From Deltaproteobacteria bacterium HGW-Deltaproteobacteria-1 (lineage in GTDB: Bacteria > Desulfobacterota > Syntrophia > Syntrophales > Smithellaceae): a stretch of DNA of 51,028 nucleotides. The stretch spans positions 1 to 51,028 of the forward strand of contig PHBN01000038.1 of the NCBI GenBank assembly GCA_002840635.1, read 5' to 3'. Every line of letters starts with the position of its first letter. Positions within the stretch are counted from its first letter, which is position 1. The position numbers and the translations under genes are program-made. Under the pieces are notes generated by a model that had not been told where the DNA came from, did no database searches, and saw nothing but the letters and a program-made list of their open reading frames with translations. This document shows, piece after piece, positions 16,385 to 26,831 of this stretch.

Positions 16385-18433
16385 TTGACACCTACGGAAG
16401 AAGCACAGAAAGGTGATCCTTCCGACAAGGCTATCCGTATGGAAGAGGTGGTGGTCAGTGCCACGAAGCTTCCTTCGACACGAAAAGACATTCCCAATTC
16501 CGTTATTATCAAGGACAGTAAAGATATTCAGGCGTCGGGATCGAAAACGGTCGGAGAGTTACTGGCGAGTGAACCGGGGATCGATTGGCAGACCTACGGC
16601 AATTACGGTGGAGCGACACAGGAGATCCATATTCGCGGCATGCGGGGCAATGCGACCCAGGTGCTGATCAACGGCGTCAACTTCGGTGCACCGTCACTGG
16701 GTGTTGCGGATGTGGGAAAGATTCCCGTCGACAACATCGGGCGGATCGAAACCGTCAAAGGTTCCGGTTCGCTTCTCTATGGATCGGGAGCTATGGCTGG
16801 AACCGTCAATATCATTACGAAGGAACCGTCAAGGGATAAAATGGATCTGAAGGTCAGCGCCGGTTACGGTACACAAAACACATATCGAATGGCTGCGGAA
16901 AACGGGATGTTCGTCATCGGTGATTTCGGATACTACCTGACTGCCGGCAGAACAGAGACAGACGGGTTCAGGGACAACAGCTGGCTTCGGCAGAATGACG
17001 TGTCCCTGAAGTTGTTGTTTGACAAGAAGGAAAAAATCCATATCAGTCTTTACGGTGATTATATAGACAGGTCATACGGTGTGCCGGGCGTCAAACCGCC
17101 TGCCGGCACACAGGATTATTATGTCGGCGGTGAGAGATTTTACAACAGCGAGTCGGCAACTCTGCTGGATCACAGCAGTGATAAAGACGGGCATCTGGTC
17201 TTGAACGTTAAGGGCAAACCGATCAAATGGTTCGGTTATGACCTGAAAGCTTATTACACAAACCTGGAAAATTACAACTATGCCCGATACGCATTCGACG
17301 GTACGGGGGCGGAAAACTGGGTGAAGAACAGGGTACTGGGAACAGATGGTCATTTGGACGTTTATCCCTTTGAGGGAACCCTGTTGCTGCTGGGTTTCGA
17401 GTACAAGGATTTCAACTGGAAGAATCAAAGTTATGGTCTGGTGGCATCGGGCCTCCGTGACGGGTCCGATTCGACGATAGAGGCTCACGTATTTACACAG
17501 GGTTATTTTATGGAAGCTGAATACAGGCCTTTTAAATACGGGAAAGCTTTTGCCGGTTTCCGTCATGAAATTAACTCCGCATTCGGTTCGGAAAATCTGC
17601 CCCGCGTAGGCATTGTCATCAATCCGTTTGAATCAACAGCGTTGAAGATCAGCCACGGGAAACACTTCCTGGCGCCTACGCTGAACGATCTTTATTGGCC
17701 GGCCGATCCTTACAACAGGGGAAACCCCGATCTTAAGCCCGAGAACGGCTGGCATACGGATGTTACTGTCGAGCAGTCATTGTTCAACGACAAATTATTC
17801 ATGACCATGTCGTATTTTCACTGGAATGTGGATGATAAAATCCAGTGGGAGCCGGATTCGCAGGGGGTATGGAGCCCTATCAACCTGGCCGGCTACAGGG
17901 CGGATGGTATTGAGGCAGGCCTTAAGGTAGGGCCCTTCTATGGAGTATCTCTGGGGTTAAGTTATACGTACACGAAGGCGGAAGAGGAAAACCGTGACTA
18001 TTTGAAGCAGGATTACGGATACCCGCCTGATTTCCCGCCGGATTTTCAGTACCTCATGGTCAAACGGCGCGCCACCATGACACCGGAGAATCAGTTCAAA
18101 GGCGATCTGACATACAAGAGTAATTTCGGGCTGACCGCGACGGCTACGTTGCGGTATGTGGGTGACCAGATTGTTTATAATACAGAGTCCACCACCTATC
18201 CTGATACTCAAACCGTAAACTATACCATCGGGTCATACTGGACAACGGATTTAAAGATCGAACAGCGTCTGTTCAAGCATTGGGTTTTGTCGCTGGCCGG
18301 ATATAACCTGTTTGACAGTCCATACGATACCCGTCTGCAGTCTTTTACCGATCAGACCACTTTCAATACTACGATGTGCGGCTATCCGGGAAGGGGAAGG
18401 TCTGTTTTCGGAAGCGTGTCTTATGAGTTTTAA
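16385..18433 (+). CDS. TonB-dependent outer-membrane receptor (BtuB-like), apparently lacking start codon context and signal peptide
   Basis: TonB-box-like EEVVVSATK, plug domain (IRGMRGNATQVLINGV) and a terminal aromatic residue (...SVSYEF). The open frame begins at a TTG directly abutting the riboswitch fragment, with no hydrophobic leader. Confidence 0.8.
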   Translation: MTPTEEAQKGDPSDKAIRMEEVVVSATKLPSTRKDIPNSVIIKDSKDIQASGSKTVGELLASEPGIDWQTYGNYGGATQEIHIRGMRGNATQVLINGVNFGAPSLGVADVGKIPVDNIGRIETVKGSGSLLYGSGAMAGTVNIITKEPSRDKMDLKVSAGYGTQNTYRMAAENGMFVIGDFGYYLTAGRTETDGFRDNSWLRQNDVSLKLLFDKKEKIHISLYGDYIDRSYGVPGVKPPAGTQDYYVGGERFYNSESATLLDHSSDKDGHLVLNVKGKPIKWFGYDLKAYYTNLENYNYARYAFDGTGAENWVKNRVLGTDGHLDVYPFEGTLLLLGFEYKDFNWKNQSYGLVASGLRDGSDSTIEAHVFTQGYFMEAEYRPFKYGKAFAGFRHEINSAFGSENLPRVGIVINPFESTALKISHGKHFLAPTLNDLYWPADPYNRGNPDLKPENGWHTDVTVEQSLFNDKLFMTMSYFHWNVDDKIQWEPDSQGVWSPINLAGYRADGIEAGLKVGPFYGVSLGLSYTYTKAEEENRDYLKQDYGYPPDFPPDFQYLMVKRRATMTPENQFKGDLTYKSNFGLTATATLRYVGDQIVYNTESTTYPDTQTVNYTIGSYWTTDLKIEQRLFKHWVLSLAGYNLFDSPYDTRLQSFTDQTTFNTTMCGYPGRGRSVFGSVSYEF

Positions 18434-18578
18434 TCCCGCTTGCGCGGGACGAGCGTTAATTCTCTGCAGCTTGCTGTGATATAATAACGTTCATTTCATA
18501 CCTCGACAACTTGCTGCGATGTGGTTGATTGACCGTTCCGTAAGGCCGTTTTATGGCAGATGTTGATGTGAGCAAAAA

Positions 18579-19496
18579 ATGATGTGCAAACGATTAACAA
18601 ACTCTCAGAAGACGTTAATATTTTTATTAACCGTTTTGCTGATGGCTGCTTGCGTATATATATCTTACGCCGATGAATTCAAAGATGAAACAGGCCGTCT
18701 CGTCCGGATCAATTCCGTGCCGCGGCGAATTGTTTCCCTTGCACCCGGCATCACGGAGACGCTTTACGCACTCGGCCTGGAAAGTAGCATCGTTGGTGTA
18801 ACCACTTTTTGTGACTGGCCGGCCGCAGCGCGCTCAAAGCCGCGGATCGGCGGATTTACAAATCCATCCATAGAAAAGATTGTCTCGTTGAAGCCGGATT
18901 TAATTCTTGCCACTGCTGACGGGAATCGCAGGGAAACGATCCTGCAGCTGGAGAGGCTCGGGCTGCCCGTTTATGTGACAAATCCTTCCGACACGCGCGG
19001 AGTTTTGAAAAGCATTTTGCACATCGGTGAAATCACCCGCCAGGAAAAAAATGCGGGGAAGCTTGTGGTCACACTTCAAAAGAGACTGGATCGTGTTACA
19101 GCACAGACCCGGCATAAAAATAAACCGCGTGTTTTTTTCCAGCTTGGTCTGGAGCCCATTGTTACAGCCGGCGGGGGTACATTAATCAATGAAGTCATTG
19201 AGCGTGCCGGGGGCTTTAATGTTGCAGGCACTGACCTGGCCAACTACCCCCGTTACAGCGCAGAAGGTATTATCGGTGCATCGCCCGACATTATTGTATT
19301 TGCGCCGATGATCAATGACAACAAATTTGAAGCGGTAAAAAGATTCTGGAAAAATTTTCCTGAAGTACCGGCGGTAAAAAACCGTAGAATTCATCCGATA
19401 AACGCTGACTTGATTAACAGGGCATCCCCCCGCATTTTTGACGCCGTTGAGATTATGGCATTATTTTTTCATCCGGATATAAATATCTCGAGATGA
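18579..19496 (+). CDS. periplasmic substrate-binding protein of the BtuF/FhuD class
   Basis: Signal peptide followed by RIVSLAPGITETLYALG, typical of cobalamin/siderophore binding proteins. It sits in the B12 cluster. Confidence 0.8.
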   Translation: MMCKRLTNSQKTLIFLLTVLLMAACVYISYADEFKDETGRLVRINSVPRRIVSLAPGITETLYALGLESSIVGVTTFCDWPAAARSKPRIGGFTNPSIEKIVSLKPDLILATADGNRRETILQLERLGLPVYVTNPSDTRGVLKSILHIGEITRQEKNAGKLVVTLQKRLDRVTAQTRHKNKPRVFFQLGLEPIVTAGGGTLINEVIERAGGFNVAGTDLANYPRYSAEGIIGASPDIIVFAPMINDNKFEAVKRFWKNFPEVPAVKNRRIHPINADLINRASPRIFDAVEIMALFFHPDINISR

Positions 19497-19512
19497 TGCA
19501 AAGGAAAACACC

Positions 19513-20556
19513 ATGAATTATCCGTTGATCCCGCCTGTTGATCTGGATGCGGCGAACCACGCCCGAATACGGCAAAACCAGTTGACTAAACCGCCCGGGA
19601 GCCTCGGAAGGCTAGAAGAAATTTCCATCCGACTGGCCGGAATGAAGGCAGATCCCTGTCCCTCCGTTTCCCGCAAAGCGGTCATTGTGATGGCTGCCGA
19701 TCACGGCATCGTTGCGGAAGGAGTCAGCGCTTTCCCTGCAGAGGTCACAAAGCAAATGGTAATGAATTTCCTGCGGGGTGGGGCCGCCGTTAATGTGCTG
19801 GCTCGTCAGGCCGGGGCGTCATTAACTATTGTTGATATAGGTGTTGCATCTGACTTTGACCCCTCCCTCTCCGGACTGCTACACCGCAAGGTCGCCCGTG
19901 GCACGCGCAACATGGCCAAGGGACCGGCCATGACCCAAACAGAAGCCGAAGAAGCTCTTGTTGTCGGCATGGAAGTGCTTGCCGGGGTTGCAGAAAACGG
20001 TCTTGACTTGATTGCAACCGGGGATATGGGAATCGGCAACACCACACCGTCATCGGCCATTGCGGCCATTTTGACCGGATTGCCGGTTGCCGCGGTGACC
20101 GGCCGCGGAACCGGGCTTGACGATGCGGGACTGGCTCACAAAGTGAAAGTGATCGAACAGGCCATTGCTTTGAACAGGCCTGATCCGAAAGACGCGATGG
20201 ATGTTCTGTGCAAAGTCGGAGGTCTGGAAATCGCCGGGCTTGCCGGTGTCATGATTGCCGCGGCCGCCCGCCGCATCCCGGTTGTCGTGGACGGCTTTAT
20301 CTCAACTGCCGCCGCGATGATCTCGGTCGGCCTCGTGCCTGATGTGCGTACTTATTTATTCGGCTCTCATGAATCGGTGGAAATAGGTCATCGGGTGATG
20401 CATAAACATCTCGGTCTGACTCCACTCATTAATTTGAACCTGCGCCTGGGGGAAGGAACCGGGGCGGTGCTGACGTTTCACCTGATCGAAGCCGCGTCCC
20501 GCATCATCAGGGAAATGGCGACATTCGCCGAAGCCGGTGTGAGCGATAAAGGATAG
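19513..20556 (+). CDS. cobT: nicotinate-nucleotide--dimethylbenzimidazole phosphoribosyltransferase
   Basis: 347 aa. LTKPPGSLGRLEE, GDMGIGNTT and LRLGEGTGA are hallmark CobT motifs. Confidence 0.9.
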   Translation: MNYPLIPPVDLDAANHARIRQNQLTKPPGSLGRLEEISIRLAGMKADPCPSVSRKAVIVMAADHGIVAEGVSAFPAEVTKQMVMNFLRGGAAVNVLARQAGASLTIVDIGVASDFDPSLSGLLHRKVARGTRNMAKGPAMTQTEAEEALVVGMEVLAGVAENGLDLIATGDMGIGNTTPSSAIAAILTGLPVAAVTGRGTGLDDAGLAHKVKVIEQAIALNRPDPKDAMDVLCKVGGLEIAGLAGVMIAAAARRIPVVVDGFISTAAAMISVGLVPDVRTYLFGSHESVEIGHRVMHKHLGLTPLINLNLRLGEGTGAVLTFHLIEAASRIIREMATFAEAGVSDKG

Positions 20557-20600
20557 AGGGCGCTTCGACAGGCTCAGCAACCGAAGGATGAAGGGAAATC

Positions 20601-21320
20601 ATGAGGAATCTGCGTATTGCTTTTGGATTATTGACGACGCTGCCATTCGGAATACGGGGAAGCTGGCAGCCCGGCGACAGCGGCCGGGCCGGAATCTGGT
20701 ATCCGATGGTCGGTATTGTGATCGGCGGATTGACCTGGCTTGTATGGTACGTGCTGAAACAGTATTTTCCACCTCTGGCCGTTGGCGTCATGACACTCGT
20801 GGTGTGGGTCTGTCTGACCGGCGGACTGCATCTCGACGGATTGGCGGACTGCTGCGATGGTTTACTGTCTTCAAATGTTCCCGAACGGCGTTTGGAAATC
20901 ATGAAAGACCCGCATCTGGGAACGTTTGGCGGCATCGGCCTGATTCTGGTTTTGTTTTCCAAAATCGTGGCGTTGAGTATCCTCACATCTTCAAACGGTC
21001 TTGGCATCATTCTCGCTGCAACGGTCAGCCGCTGGATGATCCTGCCCGCTTCGCTAATGCCGCTTGCCAATCCCGACGGAATGGCCGCTGATTTCGCTTC
21101 AGGATTCAAGCGGAGTGTCGTTTTTATTTCCGCGGTTTTTCCGCTTGGCCTTGCTTGTTTGCTCGGCATTCCGGGGTTTTTTGCATTGGTTACCGCCGGG
21201 GTTGCAGCGGCCGCCGTGCTGATGCTTTCTTATCGCCGTATAAACGGTGTGACCGGTGATGTTTTCGGTATGCTGGTCGAGGTGGTAGAAGTAGCTGTTT
21301 TGCTGAGTTTAACTGTATGA
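20601..21320 (+). CDS. cobS: adenosylcobinamide-GDP ribazoletransferase (cobalamin synthase)
   Basis: Polytopic 239-aa protein with the GGLHLDGLADCCDG motif. Confidence 0.88.
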   Translation: MRNLRIAFGLLTTLPFGIRGSWQPGDSGRAGIWYPMVGIVIGGLTWLVWYVLKQYFPPLAVGVMTLVVWVCLTGGLHLDGLADCCDGLLSSNVPERRLEIMKDPHLGTFGGIGLILVLFSKIVALSILTSSNGLGIILAATVSRWMILPASLMPLANPDGMAADFASGFKRSVVFISAVFPLGLACLLGIPGFFALVTAGVAAAAVLMLSYRRINGVTGDVFGMLVEVVEVAVLLSLTV

Positions 21321-22117
21321 TAGAAACGAATGGTTTTTCTTTCAGGCTGGGCACGACCTCCTACATCATTCCCGCGGATATTTTGTCCAATGTTCGGTAT
21401 CTGGCGGGGAAAGTACGGGATGTGGAGCTGGTACTGTTCGATGTGGACGATGGCATGAACAATCTGCCGTCGAAAGAGGAAATTGATGAGCTTCGCAGGA
21501 TCGGTTCTGACCAGGACCTGACATACACTGTCCACCTGCCTCTGGATTTGCGTCTGGCAGATGACGGCACTGCGTGCCATGCCTCTATCGACAAGGCCCG
21601 CAGGGTCATCGAAAGCAGTGGCAGGCTTGATCCGTGGGCTTATGTATTGCACCTAAACGGGAAATCAGTCCGTAACGGCGCATCGTCAGGAGTGATGCGG
21701 TACTGGCTGGAACAGGCCGTCCGATCGCTGGAAATTGTCGGAGAATGCGCGGGAGGAGTCGAAAAACTGGCTGTCGAAAACCTGGAAGGTTATCCGCTTG
21801 ATTTCTACGAACCGGTGCTGAAACGGATTGCCGTGAGCCGTACAGTGGACATTGGACATCTTTGGCTCGACGGTCACGATGCGGGTGCTTACTTGCACGG
21901 GGCTCTGCCGCGAACGCGCGTCGTTCACATCCACGGAATCGACGGACGCGATCACAGGTCGCTGGCGAATGTATCGCAGGAAAAACTGCGTGCCGTCCTC
22001 AATGAACTTGTTCGCACCGGCTACCGGGGTGTCCTAACTGTTGAAGTATTTTCAGAGGTGGACTTTCTGACCTCCTCTGCGGCTATTCAAGCAGCGATGA
22101 AAGGAGAACAGGTATGA
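21317..22117 (+). CDS. xylose-isomerase-like/AP-endonuclease-2 TIM-barrel protein, candidate cobamide-remodelling phosphodiesterase (CbiR-like)
   Basis: 266 aa with metal-ligand-like HLPLD, HLNG, VENLE, DIGH and HIHG motifs. ATGA overlaps couple it to cobS upstream and cobU downstream. Confidence 0.55.
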   Translation: MIETNGFSFRLGTTSYIIPADILSNVRYLAGKVRDVELVLFDVDDGMNNLPSKEEIDELRRIGSDQDLTYTVHLPLDLRLADDGTACHASIDKARRVIESSGRLDPWAYVLHLNGKSVRNGASSGVMRYWLEQAVRSLEIVGECAGGVEKLAVENLEGYPLDFYEPVLKRIAVSRTVDIGHLWLDGHDAGAYLHGALPRTRVVHIHGIDGRDHRSLANVSQEKLRAVLNELVRTGYRGVLTVEVFSEVDFLTSSAAIQAAMKGEQV

Positions 22118-22665
22118 TTCCTGAAATCCCCGTAAACGGCCTGACGCTTTTTTTGGGTGGCGCGCGCAGCGGCAAAAGTTCTTTCGCAGAAAAAATCGCC
22201 CGGGATTCAGGAAAATCCGTTCTTTACATCGCCACGGCCGCAGCCGGCGATGATGAAATGGCCGAGCGCATCCGCAACCATCAGGCATCGCGTCCGGCCC
22301 AATGGCAGACGCTTGAATGTCCGCTCAATATCGGCCGTCGTCTTGACGCACCGCGGGCCGAAGTGGTGATCGTTGACTGCATTACTCTGCTGGTCAGCAA
22401 TATTCTCCTTTCCTTTCGGGAAGAAACGCCTGCCGAAACCATCATGCACAAAGTCAGTATTGAAATGGAAGAAATTATTGACGCGCAGTCCAGGATCAGC
22501 GGGCAGTGGCTGGTCGTGTCCAATGAAGTGGGCCTGGGTCTTGTGCCGCCCTATCCGCAGGGACGCATTTACCGCGACGTGCTGGGCCGGGCCAATCAAA
22601 TTCTGGCTAAGGCCGCGAGTCGTGTCATCCTGATGGTTGCCGGAATTCCGATGGTGGTTAAGTAG
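22114..22665 (+). CDS. cobU: bifunctional adenosylcobinamide kinase / cobinamide-phosphate guanylyltransferase
   Basis: 183 aa. P-loop GGARSGKSSFAE, then VVSNEVGLGLVP. Confidence 0.88.
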   Translation: MIPEIPVNGLTLFLGGARSGKSSFAEKIARDSGKSVLYIATAAAGDDEMAERIRNHQASRPAQWQTLECPLNIGRRLDAPRAEVVIVDCITLLVSNILLSFREETPAETIMHKVSIEMEEIIDAQSRISGQWLVVSNEVGLGLVPPYPQGRIYRDVLGRANQILAKAASRVILMVAGIPMVVK

Positions 22666-23691
<1,026 letters not shown>

Positions 23692-23704
23692 ATGCCGATG
23701 CGGG

Positions 23705-24463
23705 GTGGGAATGATTATGAAGCGCAAAATCATTAAAATTGACGAAGAAAAATGCACCGGCTGTGGATTGTGCGTGCCGGGCTGTGCCGAAGAAGCCATT
23801 AAAATCATCGACGGCAAGGCCAAGCTGGTCAGCGATGTTTTCTGCGATGGATTGGGGGCCTGTATCGGTGAGTGTCCCGAAGGCGCGCTTACTCTTGAAG
23901 AGCGTGACGCGGATCCCTTTGACGTAAACAAAGTTCAGGAGGCGATTGCCCCGAAAAAAGGCCAGGCAGTGCCGCAAAATCTTCATGTCATGGGCGGAGC
24001 CGGCTCTTGTCCCGGTTCAGCTCACGCCGTCTTTGAACGAAAGGATCAGGTTCCCGGCAAGGCGCAAACGTCCGGGCAGCCGTCCGAGCTGACTCACTGG
24101 CCGGTTCAACTGCACCTGATAAATCCCGCCGCCGACTTTTTCCGCGGCAAAGACGTCGTGCTGGCCGCGGATTGCGTCGCGTTTGCCCTGGGGGATTTTC
24201 ATGAGCGATTTTTAAAAGGCAAAAGCCTGGCCATTGCGTGTCCCAAGCTCGATGAGGGATTGGATGAATATGTTGAAAAAATCCGGCGGATGGTGGATGA
24301 GGCCCGGATCAACACGCTCACCGTGGTGACGATGCAGGTGCCCTGCTGCCGGGGATTAATGCAGATTGCCCAGGCCGCCCTGCAGAAGTCAACAAGAAAA
24401 GTGCCGCTGAAATCTGTGGTCATCAGCATCCAGGGTGACGTGCTTTCTGAGGAATGGGTGTAG
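23705..24463 (+). CDS. 4Fe-4S dicluster-domain protein with a Cys-rich C-terminal domain
   Basis: CTGCGLCVPGCAEEA and CDGLGACIGECPEGA motifs, with a later VPCCRG. 252 aa. Confidence 0.7.
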   Translation: MGMIMKRKIIKIDEEKCTGCGLCVPGCAEEAIKIIDGKAKLVSDVFCDGLGACIGECPEGALTLEERDADPFDVNKVQEAIAPKKGQAVPQNLHVMGGAGSCPGSAHAVFERKDQVPGKAQTSGQPSELTHWPVQLHLINPAADFFRGKDVVLAADCVAFALGDFHERFLKGKSLAIACPKLDEGLDEYVEKIRRMVDEARINTLTVVTMQVPCCRGLMQIAQAALQKSTRKVPLKSVVISIQGDVLSEEWV

Positions 24464-24517
24464 GATAGGGCAAGCCCTGTTAACAAATGGATCATGCATC
24501 ATCAGGGAGAATGAACG

Positions 24518-25192
24518 ATGCCTTTCTTTACAGCCGATGACGGTGTCCGTCTGCATTATCAGACAAGCGGCGCCGGGAAACCGGTTTTGTTCATTCACGG
24601 ACTGACGGCAAGTTCCCTTTTCTTCCGAAAACAAATTCCCGAACTGGCAGGACGCTTTCAAGTCATTGCACCCGATTTGCGCGGCCATGGACTGTCTGAG
24701 GCAGCAACGGATCACCTGACCATCCGGAGGCTGGCTGAAGATTTAAGACAGTTGATCGACCACCTCAATTTATCTGAAATATCATTGATCGGCTGGTCGA
24801 TGGGCGCGCACGTGATTTTCGAATACATCAAGAACTATTCCTGCGCCGGAATAGAAAAAATTCTGATTATCGAGAAAAAGAACAACGCATCGGTCATCGC
24901 CGCTTTCTGGATCGCCATGGCGGTGCAGGATTACCGGCCGGTTTTGAAAAGCATTTCGGTTCCCTGCCTCCTGGTTTACGGAACCGAAAGCAATTATTAT
25001 CCCGCAGCAAATTATGACTACATGCAAAAGCAGATACCCGATGCCAGGGTTGCCGCTTTTGAGGGCTGCGGGCATGCCCTGCATATTCAGGACCCGGAAT
25101 TATTCAACCGCATGGCAATGGATTTTTTACTGACGGGTTTTTCTGCTTGCGAGGGCCAGCAGGACGCCTCCGAGCCCGAAGGTGATGGCTAA
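24518..25192 (+). CDS. alpha/beta hydrolase (unusually short lid region)
   Basis: FIHGLTAS, nucleophile elbow GWSMGA, C-terminal GCGHALHIQDPE. Only about 18 residues occupy the position where homologues usually carry a 50-70 residue cap. Confidence 0.7.
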   Translation: MPFFTADDGVRLHYQTSGAGKPVLFIHGLTASSLFFRKQIPELAGRFQVIAPDLRGHGLSEAATDHLTIRRLAEDLRQLIDHLNLSEISLIGWSMGAHVIFEYIKNYSCAGIEKILIIEKKNNASVIAAFWIAMAVQDYRPVLKSISVPCLLVYGTESNYYPAANYDYMQKQIPDARVAAFEGCGHALHIQDPELFNRMAMDFLLTGFSACEGQQDASEPEGDG

Positions 25193-25952
25193 CGTCTTGA
25201 TCAACATTCCGATGCAAAAAGGTATCCATCCGAGAAGCCACAGCAAACACAACCCCACCAGTGTTTCTTTCACTATTGATTTCTGATATCCGCGGAATAT
25301 TTTGGTGATGATAATGTTGCCAAGAAGTGAACCACACGCGGTAAAGCCGATGATAGCCGCCAGCAACAGTGCCGTGAACGCCAGCGGTATCAATAAGATG
25401 CCGATGACAGAGATCGCCAGCAGCATAAAGAAGGGCACGATCATTAACGTTGCCAGAAATCCCCAGAAAAAAGATTTTAAGGTGTAGGTCCGGATAGTGC
25501 TGACAACAGCATCCCAGCGCCATGATCAGTGCGATAATCAGGATGATGGCGAAAAAGCACAAAGAAATAACATTGAGAATTAAAGACCAGCCTTCCAGTT
25601 CCCCCCTCATGGCCGCGTTAATGGAATCCGCAAGGGTGGTGGAGTTTACTTCCGTAACGTCACCGAAAATGAGAGAACCGCTGCCTTTTACCACAATACC
25701 GCCAACCACGATAACATTCCCGCGGACAACGGCATTATTGGTCAATACGACGGATCCGCCAACGGTAATGACATTCTGCTCAACCAGCCCGTTTATTGTT
25801 GCCTGTCCGCCGACAACAACCACATTTTCCACCGTTTGTCCCTGTTCCACCGTAACGTCGCGGCCGGCCATGAAGATGTTTTTTGCCTCGACGGGCAGTG
25901 AAAGGAGAAGCAATAATGCCAACGTGCTAATAACTGTAAGTTTCGTTCTCAT
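25127..25952 (-). pseudogene. secreted bactofilin-like beta-helix repeat protein with a C-terminal polytopic membrane domain; frame change near 25505-25525
   Basis: From the ATG at 25952: signal peptide MRTKLTVISTLALLLLLSLPVEA, then repeats VVVVGGQATINGLVEQNVITVGGSVVLTNNAVVRGNVIVVGG. The membrane part continues in another frame (WDAVVSTIRTYTLKSFFWGFLATLMIVPFF..., the 25127..25444 ORF). Confidence 0.6.
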
Positions 25953-25969
25953 TAATTGACCTTTATTAT

Positions 25970-26623
25970 CTATGCCGTTTTTTGCCGGGTGATCATTTTC
26001 TGACGAATGTATGCAATGACACCCGGCATCACGGAAATTATAATGATCGCAAGAATAACGATTGTAAAGTTTCTTTTGACCGCCGGAATATTGCCGAAGA
26101 AATAGCCGCCCAGCAGGAAAACGCAAACCCATGTGATGCCGCCGACAATATTATATAAAATGAATTTGGGATAACTCATTGCCCCGACACCGGCCACAAA
26201 AGGGGCAAAGGTTCGAATAAACGGCATAAATCGGGCGATAATAATGGTTTTTCCACCGTGCCTTTCATAAAATTCATGTGTTTTTATAAGATATTGCTTT
26301 TTGAAGAAACGGCTTTCCTCGTAATGAAAGACTTTGGGGCCGATGTAATGGCCGATCGCATAGTTGACACTGTCCCCGGCGATGGCGGCAATGCTAAGCA
26401 GAATCAGTAAGGCTTCAATGTTAAGCGCCCCCAGTGCGGCCAGTGTCCCCAGAGTGAAAAGCAGTGAATCGCCCGGCAGAACCGGTGTGACAACGAGGCC
26501 GGTTTCGCAAAATATGACTATAAATACAATGACGTAAGCCCAGACGCCAAAACTGTCGACAATCATGGGCAGATACTTGTCGAGGTGGATAAAAAAATCC
26601 ATGATGAAGAGAATTATGTCCAT
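25970..26623 (-). CDS. DedA-family (VTT domain) membrane protein
   Basis: 217 aa. Typical DedA motifs are present (ETGLVVTPVLPGDSLLF, ARFMPFIRTFAPFVAG). Confidence 0.85.
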   Translation of the reverse strand: MDIILFIMDFFIHLDKYLPMIVDSFGVWAYVIVFIVIFCETGLVVTPVLPGDSLLFTLGTLAALGALNIEALLILLSIAAIAGDSVNYAIGHYIGPKVFHYEESRFFKKQYLIKTHEFYERHGGKTIIIARFMPFIRTFAPFVAGVGAMSYPKFILYNIVGGITWVCVFLLGGYFFGNIPAVKRNFTIVILAIIIISVMPGVIAYIRQKMITRQKTA

Positions 26624-26831
26624 AATTATTTTATACTCTTTTTTAGTCAGAAAATTAAAAAAAATTGTGAGACACCCTATATAGGGTTAACAGGGCGAGT
26701 GTCAACATGAAAAAGGTCGACGATGAGAGAAGAAAGATGCCGAAATGGGAATAATCATGATTATATAAAAGGGTTTCTCTAAACGCAGTGTGAGATGCAT
26801 TGTCATATTTGTCGTACAGGGTGATGCAATC

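Noticed and set aside
18466-18523. Direct repeat CTTGCTG[T/C]GAT (x2, about 41 nt apart) upstream of the BtuF-like gene
   Set aside because: Only 11 nt are shared, and no further copies were seen. This could easily be chance.
25953-26132. N-terminal extension of the 342-aa ORF (25104..26132)
   Set aside because: It overlaps the 3' end of dedA in another frame. The ATG at 25952 gives a clean signal peptide.
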